A stretch of DNA of 64,000 bases from a virus. The notes under the pieces were generated by a model. That model made no database searches and was not told the DNA's origin. It saw nothing but the letters and a program-made list of their open reading frames with translations. The translations under genes were made by a program, and so were the position numbers. The DNA is taken from the IMG/VR virus record IMGVR_UViG_3300042894_003945, positions 32,001-96,000 of that record; one strand, given 5' to 3'. Below are positions 28,953-37,369 of this stretch, piece by piece. Numbering within the stretch: position 1 is the stretch's first letter; each line of letters starts with the position of its first letter.

Positions 28953-31034
28953 TTACAGAAAATCAGATATTTTATCTATAACTTTTGAGGATGTTATAGT
29001 CTTAGTACACTCAAAATGTCTAGGAGTGTCTTTGTGTCTGGGACACCAGTTCCAATCTCCAGCATCTAATTGATCTGTATTGAAACACCCTTGACAGATG
29101 TTTGGTTCTGGGGATATTCTTATGCAATCTTCAAACTCTGTTTTAGGGTCTGTAAATCCAGAAATTAAACAAGTTTTAGTTCCCACAGCCCAAGATAGCC
29201 AGCTCAAACCGCTACTTATTCCTATAAACATGGCAGATCTTTGTAGTGTGTGTATAACAGTTTCAATATTGTTATCTAAAAGATACTCTATTCCTTTTGG
29301 ATGTTTATTTCCCATATACCCATCCTCCTCTTTGGATAGTAAACAAACTCTATATCCTTTAGATTTCAAATAATCTACCAATTCTTGCCAGCCATTAGGG
29401 TTATTCCAGTATTTTGTTTGTGCTGTCCCGTGTATAGCTATGCTGACTATCTTTTCTTTTTCAACATTTTTATTAAGTTTTATAGAAGGTTTTGCCTCTT
29501 TAAACTCTAAACCCAGTATATCAGAAGCAGTTTTTTGTAGAGATTGGTTTTTAAAATCAAAAGGATTCTTATCAAAGTCAACCTTCCCTTCACTTTTATA
29601 GAACCAGCCAATTGTGTACATAGCATACAAGTCGTGTACGGTATCTCCAGGTTTTACAAATTCTATTTCTGGATAATCTTCTTTAAAAAAGTGGTTCCAA
29701 AAAGTAGAACAGATAACTTTACAGTTATGCTTTTTTCTAAATTCTTCTACGTACTCAAACCAAGATAGAGTATCCCCTAAAGCCTTGGAATCCAGTGCTA
29801 TATAAACTCTTCTGTCTGTTAAATCCATTTTATATTCGTAAGAATTTACCCCATCATCTACAAAGATGTTCCAATCATTATAGTACTTGCTGGAAGTTCT
29901 TATCCAGTGGTTCTTTCTTATTGTGTCTTTATGTACAGTTTGTCCAGTTTTTTGATCTATAAACTGGACAGTATATTCTCTGTCAGGCCCTCCTACTATT
30001 TCAAAAAACGCACCGTCTATAAAATTTATATTGAATTTTGGCGCATTTTCTTTAGAAGGTATAGACAATTTTTCAGTAGAATTGTACCCTGATATTAATT
30101 GATCTTTTAAACTCATATCATATTTCTTTAATAAATCTTTTACTCTATTGGTCCAAGACAAATCAACTGCTTGTAGTCTGGCTTTCTTGGAATAAGAACT
30201 GTACGCTATGGGGTCTAAAACCTTACTAAGAGCTTCTATACCCTCCTCCAAACTCCTGTTAACCTTTATCATTCCAGACAAGTCTGCGTTATCTTCGTAG
30301 GTTCCCACTATAGGCAGTCCTGAAGCTAGGGCCTCTAGCAAAGTTAAATTAGGATGCCCCGCTTCTAGTTTTGAAAAATGTAAGAATACACTATGGGAAT
30401 TGTATAAATCCCTTAACTCTTCTTCGGACAAATTATAAAGTATAGTTGAATTTTTATACTCTATTGGAAATTTTTTAAAGTATACTTGATTATTTTGCGG
30501 TCCTGCTATCGTTATAGGAAGATCAAAATACTTAGCTAATTCTATAGCATACCCAAAGCCTTTCCTGTCCTCAGATTGATCGTGTATAAATCCATTATTA
30601 GCAACGCACAGAAGTTTATGCGTTTTCCAATCTCTTTTAGGAGTAAAATACTCCGTATTAACCCCATGAGAGAAATATTCCGGTATGTTTCCAAAATAAT
30701 CAACCAAGTATTTTGCGGGGACGAATGCTTTTTTAGCGTTTTTTATCGCAAGCATGTTTTCTTTGAATGCCTGAGAGTCCTTACCATACAGATATGCGTG
30801 GTGGTCATGCATAGTAAAGTAATAAGGAATGCCTCTTTCGTGAGCCATTATAGCCAAATTAGCAACGTGTATATGCACTACGTCATAATCACTTACTTCA
30901 TCTAGGTATTGTATCTTAGAATCATGTCCTAACTCAAGTAAAGCGTTGTGAGTTTCCCATATTATCTTTTCTACGGCTCCCCAACCATTAGGAGGTATAG
31001 GAATAAGCCCAGGAGTGACATTTATTATTTTCAT
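28953..31034 (-). CDS. Fusion of GT4 glycosyltransferase and TibC/Aah-like (BAHT family) protein O-glycosyltransferase
   Basis: N-half: PPNGWGAVE, RKG and EAGHPNLTLLEALASGLPIV. C-half: INFIDGAFFEI...YYNDW, SKALGDT, KYWNNPNGW, FIGISSGLSWLSW, LISGFT and four Cys in CQGC...CPRH...FECTK (iron-finger pattern). Confidence 0.85.
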   Translation of the reverse strand: MKIINVTPGLIPIPPNGWGAVEKIIWETHNALLELGHDSKIQYLDEVSDYDVVHIHVANLAIMAHERGIPYYFTMHDHHAYLYGKDSQAFKENMLAIKNAKKAFVPAKYLVDYFGNIPEYFSHGVNTEYFTPKRDWKTHKLLCVANNGFIHDQSEDRKGFGYAIELAKYFDLPITIAGPQNNQVYFKKFPIEYKNSTILYNLSEEELRDLYNSHSVFLHFSKLEAGHPNLTLLEALASGLPIVGTYEDNADLSGMIKVNRSLEEGIEALSKVLDPIAYSSYSKKARLQAVDLSWTNRVKDLLKKYDMSLKDQLISGYNSTEKLSIPSKENAPKFNINFIDGAFFEIVGGPDREYTVQFIDQKTGQTVHKDTIRKNHWIRTSSKYYNDWNIFVDDGVNSYEYKMDLTDRRVYIALDSKALGDTLSWFEYVEEFRKKHNCKVICSTFWNHFFKEDYPEIEFVKPGDTVHDLYAMYTIGWFYKSEGKVDFDKNPFDFKNQSLQKTASDILGLEFKEAKPSIKLNKNVEKEKIVSIAIHGTAQTKYWNNPNGWQELVDYLKSKGYRVCLLSKEEDGYMGNKHPKGIEYLLDNNIETVIHTLQRSAMFIGISSGLSWLSWAVGTKTCLISGFTDPKTEFEDCIRISPEPNICQGCFNTDQLDAGDWNWCPRHKDTPRHFECTKTITSSKVIDKISDFL

Positions 31035-31960
31035 GGTCTTTTAGCGTATATGAACCCAGAATTACTATTTTCATCAGAGTCTCTATACTCTGCAATGTAT
31101 CCTTCCTTTTCTAATTTATGGAACAGAGGTTTAGGATCTCCATGAAACTCTAGAAAAATTTGATTTATTTTTTTATAATAGTAGCTAGACAACGCATTTA
31201 AAACTTCATACTCTGCACCTTCTATATCTAACTTTAAAAGATTTATGTTATTTTCTAACATGAAAAAAGTAGACAATGAAAAAGACTCTATGAATATGGT
31301 ATGGGTCTCTGTCTGTTTATTATACTTATTTATTGTGCTAGAGACTGAACTCCCCAGTGAAAGATCAAAAAGGACAATATCTGTTCTATCGGATAAGGCT
31401 TTATTTAGACATATAACATTTGGATCATCTATAAAATTTTTTTCTAAACAATCAAAAGCTGACGGGTCTGGTTCTACACTGTATATTCTTTTTGCGCCTT
31501 TAGTTTTTGCAAAAGCGGTAAAAAATCCAACATTAGCTCCTGCATCTAAAATAACTCCTGAGAAATCTATTCCTCTACAAAGATCGGAATAAAAAAAATC
31601 TACATATGACGGACCCACCATATCATTATTAGGTGTTATAAATGGAAGTTTTATAGGGGCCGATGTTTTATTTAAATAAAAACTTGTAGACTGCAATAAT
31701 CTTTTATTGGACCCATATACTTTAAAATTGAACCCAGGATACGCTGGATTATTTAAAATTACCTTCATTAACTTTTCTTCTAAAGGAACTAACCAACCTG
31801 AAAAATCTGAGTTAATTTCTATATCTTCCCATAAAAAATAAACACAACCAACATGAACATCAGAAACTGTTATACTTGCCTTAAAAGTATTTTTTGTTTT
31901 TGATTTAAAAGTAAACTGAGCTGTCTTTTTATCAAAAGATATGTCTAATATACTATCCAT
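31031..31960 (-). CDS. FkbM-family SAM methyltransferase with N-terminal beta domain
   Basis: ILDAGANVG, SVEP, LLKLDIEGAE and LEFH motifs. Confidence 0.9.
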   Translation of the reverse strand: MDSILDISFDKKTAQFTFKSKTKNTFKASITVSDVHVGCVYFLWEDIEINSDFSGWLVPLEEKLMKVILNNPAYPGFNFKVYGSNKRLLQSTSFYLNKTSAPIKLPFITPNNDMVGPSYVDFFYSDLCRGIDFSGVILDAGANVGFFTAFAKTKGAKRIYSVEPDPSAFDCLEKNFIDDPNVICLNKALSDRTDIVLFDLSLGSSVSSTINKYNKQTETHTIFIESFSLSTFFMLENNINLLKLDIEGAEYEVLNALSSYYYKKINQIFLEFHGDPKPLFHKLEKEGYIAEYRDSDENSNSGFIYAKRP

Positions 31961-32786
31961 TTTGCTGAATTTTTAGTAAATAATCTACTGCTTCCTCCAT
32001 ATCATTTTTTTCCTTGAATCCATGATATAACAGAACACTATCTGAATCGTGTATATATTCCCAGTCTGTTCCGAAAGCGTCATAACTATTTCCTCCGTAT
32101 TTACCTTTTGCTTTAGACTCTTCTACTTTTTTTATAGTATCTATTCTGTGTGTGTTTACAAAACCAAATCCTAAATTTTTAGTTGCACCCCTTTTCCACA
32201 AACAAATATTAAAAGGTGTCTCATCTGCGTAAGGAAAGTATATGCGTTGTCTGTCTAACAAGTATTTGTTTTTACAAAAAGCAACATACTCTTCAAAAAA
32301 ATCTCTGCAGTTTTCATTAAAAGTATAAAAACAAGACCAAACATATCTTTGAGATCTTTCAGGAACATTGCAATATTTCATCAATGCAGTTTCATCAAAT
32401 ATAGTTTTTACCCCATCTGTTTCTTCCCACATAAATGGATAATCAAAAGGCCCATAACTAGCAAGAGGATGTGATTCACTATGTTTTATTTTACTAAAAT
32501 CAAAGTTAGAAGAGAATAAAACATCGGTATCAGTAAAAACATAGTCTTCTCCTGGAAATATGTTCATGGTAAACAAAGACAGCTCTGCTTTGTAATAGTG
32601 AAATCTAGGGTACAATCCATTATACGGTATTTGTATTGTCTGTAAATTCTTAAAAGAAAACTTAGTTTTAAAACCTATAGTATAATAAACAATTTTTACA
32701 TCAGGAGTTATTTTATTAGTTAACGATCTTATACAAGATATTGCCTGATATTCACAATTTTTATCGCTATATAGTATTAAAATCAT
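31953..32786 (-). CDS. Putative GT-A fold glycosyltransferase
   Basis: YYKAEL, DxD motif (VFTDTDVLF), DET motif and a late His (LYHG); operonic with GT and MT genes. Confidence 0.7.
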   Translation of the reverse strand: MILILYSDKNCEYQAISCIRSLTNKITPDVKIVYYTIGFKTKFSFKNLQTIQIPYNGLYPRFHYYKAELSLFTMNIFPGEDYVFTDTDVLFSSNFDFSKIKHSESHPLASYGPFDYPFMWEETDGVKTIFDETALMKYCNVPERSQRYVWSCFYTFNENCRDFFEEYVAFCKNKYLLDRQRIYFPYADETPFNICLWKRGATKNLGFGFVNTHRIDTIKKVEESKAKGKYGGNSYDAFGTDWEYIHDSDSVLLYHGFKEKNDMEEAVDYLLKIQQNG

Positions 32787-32787
32787 A

Positions 32788-35349
32788 TTACAAAGGTTTA
32801 AAAGTATACCACTGTCTCCAATAAGGCTCCTCTGTTGTTTCGTATAGTTTTAGATTTTTTTCTTCTGTAAACTCATTTACAGCTTTTCTAACTCCAAACT
32901 TACCTGCATATTCTTTCTTATCTCCTACTGTTAACCAGATGTCTCCATCATGTGGTATGTAGTCGTCTCCACAAAACAATCCTCCTTTTTTAATCTTAGG
33001 CCACCAAGCGTTCAAATCTTTAACCACGCCTTCATAAGAGTGATCAGCGTCTATGTATATAAAATCAAAGTACTCATCAGGGAACATATCTGAGGATTTA
33101 ACGCTATCCATTCTTATTATATGCGCTCTATCCTGCCAAGGTTTTATATTTTTACAAGTCTCAATTAAACAATCATAATGATATTTATCTTCCTGACCAT
33201 TCATGTCTATATAATCTTCTAAATGCCTCCAGGCATCTATTAAATAAAGAGTACCCTTAGGCCATCTCTCTAATATAAGTTTAGAATAGTCTCCCCTTAA
33301 TACCCCAATTTCTACTCCTCTTCCGTCTGGAAACATTTTATTTACTAGAGAAGCTAAGTCCCTTTTGTTAGGTGCTAGATTGGTGTCTAGTAAACGTTCT
33401 ATTTTCTCATTAGTTATCATATTTTCCAGAGGCGTTTTGCTTGCAAATATAAACCCTCCTATAGAGTGCATATCTCTCACTTCTAAGCTATATCCCGCGC
33501 TTGTTAATTTGTTTTTTAGGTCCTCTACATCTTTATAAGATCTACCCGCAATAAGATGATACTCAACTAATATGCTGTCAATAATGTTAAAATCATCTGC
33601 GTCTAATGATTCAAACAATGGGTACTCTCCAGTTTCTATATCTACTTTTAGTAAATCTACTTTTTCTATTTTGTTTTCTTTAATAAAAGATTTGAAACTA
33701 GTAGATTTTACTTTATAAGAAGATCTAAGAGATCCATACTGTGCAGCTGATGATATAGTGGAATTTTCTTGGTCTACAAAAAACTCCATTTCTCCATCTT
33801 TATCAGACATAGCTTTGTCTACAATACAAATTCTATCATCATTTTTATAAGAGTTATTTAGTATTTCAAGTGCTTTTTCATTGGGTTCTACAGCATATAT
33901 CTTTTTAAATTCGACTGTGTTTTTGATATACTCTATCCACAATCCTATATTTGCTCCAACGTCCACAATAACGTTGTAATCTTTCCACAGTAGGTATTTA
34001 TCATATATCTTATCTACAAAAAACTCTACATAGTTTATATAAGTAGGCTCAGTAAAGTTTTTTATTTCTAAGACAGGTTTTTTTATAAAAACATGCTTTA
34101 TCCTTATTTCTTTATGGAATATAGACTCATTGTTTTTATAAAATTCTACCCTTAACCCTCCAAAGGTTGGATCTTTTTCAAAGTCTATGTAAGACTTTGG
34201 AGTGGGAAGGATCCAGTATTCTATGTTAGGATAAAAATCTTTATACTCAGTTGACCACAAAACAGCATGAGAATCTATATCTTTTATAGAAACATGCACA
34301 TCTTTATGAAAATCTTTTGAACTGAAGTAAACTTTATTATCTGAACTCGTATACCACACTTCGAAAACAGCGTTTTCATTCATATTTAAAGTTTTTAAAA
34401 TAGTATTGCAGTTTTTTTCTTTATCTACGGTATCTAAGTATGATATATTATTGAACTTATCAAAATAGTTTAAATAAACGTCTAAGTTATATATTAAAGA
34501 AGGAGCGTTCCAGCTAATAGCCTCTCTTATGACAAGAGGCATAGTCTCTTTGTCTGTTGCGTGTCCTCTAGAAGTAAACAAAAACAAGTCGGCTATTTGA
34601 TAAAAATTATCAACATCTCTCCTCTCTCCCCACCATTTACAATTTGAAGGGAAATCTTTCATTAAAGGCTCCCAATAATGTTTAAAATTGTCAGCTTGAT
34701 TACCAATAAAATGAAATTGGATTGGGTAATCTTTCAAGAATCTAGCATATTCTATAACTTCAGCTTGATTCTTTCTAGGAGTGAATAAACCTACGGTTAT
34801 TACATGTTTTTTATTAGGATCAAGACCACGTTCTTTTAGTAAGTCTTCTCTAGATTTTGTTTTTTCTTTATATTCTATAGGATACTCAACAAGTTCGCAG
34901 GGTATGTTTAATTTTTTATATTCATTTATCTGATATTGGCTTACCATCATAAACTTATCAGGAAAATGTACTTTATTAGAAACATTGTAGCTAGAATCGT
35001 GCGATGTTTCTACAATTACGTACTCTCTATTACTATTATATAGCTTAGATGCTACTTCATGAGGCATAAACATCTCAGGTATTTCCTGTAGATGTACTAC
35101 GTCAGGCTTAAACTCCTCAATTATTTTAAAAAGATGATGCCTGTCTTCATCAAGAGTGATAAGATTTTTACCTAGTAGTTCAAAAATTCTATTTCTTTGT
35201 ACAACAAGCTTACCTCCAGTTACATTATCCCATTCTATACACCAAATTTCAAAGTCATTTTTAAGAACTTCTATCTGTTTGTACAAATATTGAGGCATCC
35301 CCCCAGTAGATAAATGGGGGGCTATAAATAATAACTTCTTTTTACCCAT
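32788..35349 (-). CDS. Multi-domain enzyme: GT4 glycosyltransferase + FkbM methyltransferase + class I SAM methyltransferase (Methyltransf_24-like)
   Basis: PHLSTGGMPQY, GLFTPRKNQ and ETMPLVIREA (GT4); VDVGANIG and KVDIE (FkbM); GVEIGV and IYIDADHSY...GGLFCGDDY. ATG at 35349 preferred over TTG at 35352. Confidence 0.88.
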   Translation of the reverse strand: MGKKKLLFIAPHLSTGGMPQYLYKQIEVLKNDFEIWCIEWDNVTGGKLVVQRNRIFELLGKNLITLDEDRHHLFKIIEEFKPDVVHLQEIPEMFMPHEVASKLYNSNREYVIVETSHDSSYNVSNKVHFPDKFMMVSQYQINEYKKLNIPCELVEYPIEYKEKTKSREDLLKERGLDPNKKHVITVGLFTPRKNQAEVIEYARFLKDYPIQFHFIGNQADNFKHYWEPLMKDFPSNCKWWGERRDVDNFYQIADLFLFTSRGHATDKETMPLVIREAISWNAPSLIYNLDVYLNYFDKFNNISYLDTVDKEKNCNTILKTLNMNENAVFEVWYTSSDNKVYFSSKDFHKDVHVSIKDIDSHAVLWSTEYKDFYPNIEYWILPTPKSYIDFEKDPTFGGLRVEFYKNNESIFHKEIRIKHVFIKKPVLEIKNFTEPTYINYVEFFVDKIYDKYLLWKDYNVIVDVGANIGLWIEYIKNTVEFKKIYAVEPNEKALEILNNSYKNDDRICIVDKAMSDKDGEMEFFVDQENSTISSAAQYGSLRSSYKVKSTSFKSFIKENKIEKVDLLKVDIETGEYPLFESLDADDFNIIDSILVEYHLIAGRSYKDVEDLKNKLTSAGYSLEVRDMHSIGGFIFASKTPLENMITNEKIERLLDTNLAPNKRDLASLVNKMFPDGRGVEIGVLRGDYSKLILERWPKGTLYLIDAWRHLEDYIDMNGQEDKYHYDCLIETCKNIKPWQDRAHIIRMDSVKSSDMFPDEYFDFIYIDADHSYEGVVKDLNAWWPKIKKGGLFCGDDYIPHDGDIWLTVGDKKEYAGKFGVRKAVNEFTEEKNLKLYETTEEPYWRQWYTFKPL

Positions 35350-35367
35350 CAAAACTTAATTTACAGA

Positions 35368-35399
35368 CAAATATAAGAAACTATTCTGCTTCTACCAAA
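35368..35399 (-). promoter_or_regulatory. Bacteroidetes primary-sigma promoter (-33 TTTG / -7 TAnnTTTG) upstream of the glycosylation operon
   Basis: Minus strand: TTTG (35399-35396), 20-nt spacer, TATATTTG (35375-35368), ending 18 nt before the ATG. Confidence 0.65.
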
Positions 35400-35563
35400 G
35401 AAGATTTATATTTTCTTCCTGTAGGGTCTGCGGCTTGTAGTTCAGCTGCTTTGTCGTCTGCTTCCTGTTTTGTAGAATAAATATATTCGGGGTCTTCTGG
35501 GTTTAATTTTGATACCCAAATCTGATCTACATTAGGAATAAATTGCATGATTACTTTATACAT
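35381..35563 (-). CDS. Small hypothetical protein
   Basis: 60 aa with ATG, co-oriented. Confidence 0.6.
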   Translation of the reverse strand: MYKVIMQFIPNVDQIWVSKLNPEDPEYIYSTKQEADDKAAELQAADPTGRKYKSSLVEAE

Positions 35564-35584
35564 ATGATTTATTTTTTATTAACT

Positions 35585-36394
35585 TTAAGTATTAATATAT
35601 ACGCAATAGTCAAGGGAGGTCTCAAATATTTCATTATACTTACTGTAATCATTTTCTCCAAGAGCCACTAAATATACGTCAGTATTTCCCGTTACAACAA
35701 ATGAAAATCCCCCTCCACTATCAAGAATAGTTCCACAATACCTACCCACATTATCAGCATAACTACATACCGCAGAGGTAATATTTGCAGTAAATAATAT
35801 AGGAACATTATAACTATAGGATAACATTCCTATATATAGCGATCTTCCTCCATTAACATTGCTAATAGTACCTAAATAATTACAGTTTTTACTAGATATA
35901 TTACCTCCTATTAAATTATTAGCTGCTGTATATGGAGGTCCTAACCAATAGTAAGCTCTTGCAGCACTTTCTACTACGGGGCCACCAGGTCCTGCTGCAT
36001 TTACGGTTTGCGTAATATTTCCGGTAAAAGAAGCGAATACATTTACAGTATAAGTAGGACCTGGTGTAGGGGTTGGGGGAGTTGTTGGTGTCGGTGTAAC
36101 TGTTGGTATGTTAGTTGGTGTAGGGGTTGGGGTGTTAGGAGAAGAACAAGTCCCTAGATTTGTTATTATTATATTAGTTTGTTCAGTTACGCTACAAGCG
36201 CATATTTCTACTAAATTTCCTCCACTAACAGGTATAGTTCTAGAAATACCTCTACAGTCTGAGTAGCTAACAGTTCTAGGACTGCCTCCTACATTTTCTA
36301 TTGAGTATGAATCACAAGGGCATGGGGTTGGGGTAGGTGTTGGTGTAGGTGTTGGGCCAACAGGACAGTTAACAGTAAAAGTAAAAACAGACAT
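35585..36394 (-). CDS. Pro/Thr-rich (PTPTPT) Cys-containing putative virion surface protein
   Basis: Two PT-repeat linkers flanking a small Cys-rich module. Confidence 0.65.
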   Translation of the reverse strand: MSVFTFTVNCPVGPTPTPTPTPTPCPCDSYSIENVGGSPRTVSYSDCRGISRTIPVSGGNLVEICACSVTEQTNIIITNLGTCSSPNTPTPTPTNIPTVTPTPTTPPTPTPGPTYTVNVFASFTGNITQTVNAAGPGGPVVESAARAYYWLGPPYTAANNLIGGNISSKNCNYLGTISNVNGGRSLYIGMLSYSYNVPILFTANITSAVCSYADNVGRYCGTILDSGGGFSFVVTGNTDVYLVALGENDYSKYNEIFETSLDYCVYINT

Positions 36395-36404
36395 ATTATA
36401 TTTT

Positions 36405-36998
36405 TTATAAAATATTTTCTAATCCATTATATGTAACTATGTGTAACACATCCGAAGTTCCCACTAAAGTATAGCTGTGTGTGTTGGTAGTATTTGATGT
36501 GTATCCAGAAAACAAAAACCCACTTAGCAGCTCCCCAAAAGTATTAAAAGGGTATATATTGTATATTCTATAATACCCATACCCAAAAGGTCCAAAAGGC
36601 TCAGACCCGCTTCTAGTAGGGCATACTACAGTTATAACAACAACATCACCCACATTCCCACTTACGGAGATTCTGTTATAAGATCTTCTATCATCTGATA
36701 AAGATGATAATGCATCTCCAAAACTAGTTCCTGAACAAGATCCATTTTGGGTGTGATTGTAGCTATAAAACTCAGATAAAGAATACTGAGCTGTTCTGTC
36801 TGGTTTAGTAGTTGAGTTTTGGTTTATGCCTGCATATCCGGAGAGCAAGTTAGATTTACTATCAAAATTTCCTTTAGAAAGTCTCGACAAACTATAGTTA
36901 AACGCCTTCCCTGACTGCGTAGTTTCAAATGATATTTGAGTGCTAGCGGCGTAGGCACTAGAGCTTATTGATATTTGACCACTACTAGGCAGTGCCAT
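36405..36998 (-). CDS. Small fibre-associated protein (MALPSSGQIS-type)
   Basis: Likely start ATG 36998 (MALPSSGQISIS...SLSEFYSYNH), an N-terminus typical of genes following chaperone-containing tail fibres. Confidence 0.6.
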   Translation of the reverse strand: MALPSSGQISISSSAYAASTQISFETTQSGKAFNYSLSRLSKGNFDSKSNLLSGYAGINQNSTTKPDRTAQYSLSEFYSYNHTQNGSCSGTSFGDALSSLSDDRRSYNRISVSGNVGDVVVITVVCPTRSGSEPFGPFGYGYYRIYNIYPFNTFGELLSGFLFSGYTSNTTNTHSYTLVGTSDVLHIVTYNGLENIL

Positions 36999-37012
36999 AA
37001 CTTTATAATTTA

Positions 37013-37369
37013 TTAAAGATTTAAATAGGACCCAGAAATTAACCAAGGAGCTTGTTCAACTAAAATAGGAGGATTAATTTGATTGTCTATTTGTTGAGCT
37101 ACGTTAGCTTCATGCTGCGCCATTTGGCTTAGACCCATAGAAGCAGTCATCCAGTTATAAACTATGTCGTAAGTTAATTCATTAAATGGAGTAAATGCTG
37201 AACCTGATTCATAACTTACAGGTTGAACTCCTATAACTGAAGATTGGTAAGATCCAGTAGTTCCATAAAGTTGCCAGTGCACTAAGAAGACTACATTATC
37301 TTCTCCTGATGCTGTTGGATATGCTTCTAAAGGGTTAAAATTCCAGCGGTAATTAATTTCTAGTGGCAT
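37013..37369 (-). CDS. Tail fibre assembly/accessory protein
   Basis: NVVFLVHW...FTPFNELT...VYNW...QINPP...PW pattern; TAATG-coupled to the fibre gene. Confidence 0.65.
   Translation of the reverse strand: MPLEINYRWNFNPLEAYPTASGEDNVVFLVHWQLYGTTGSYQSSVIGVQPVSYESGSAFTPFNELTYDIVYNWMTASMGLSQMAQHEANVAQQIDNQINPPILVEQAPWLISGSYLNL

Noticed and set aside
28953-35349. GT/MT operon as a DNA hypermodification or host LPS-conversion module
   Set aside because: Not excluded but disfavoured: no base-modifying or membrane-embedded enzymes accompany it, it includes a protein-O-glycosyltransferase-like domain, and it lies among Ser/Thr-rich virion genes.
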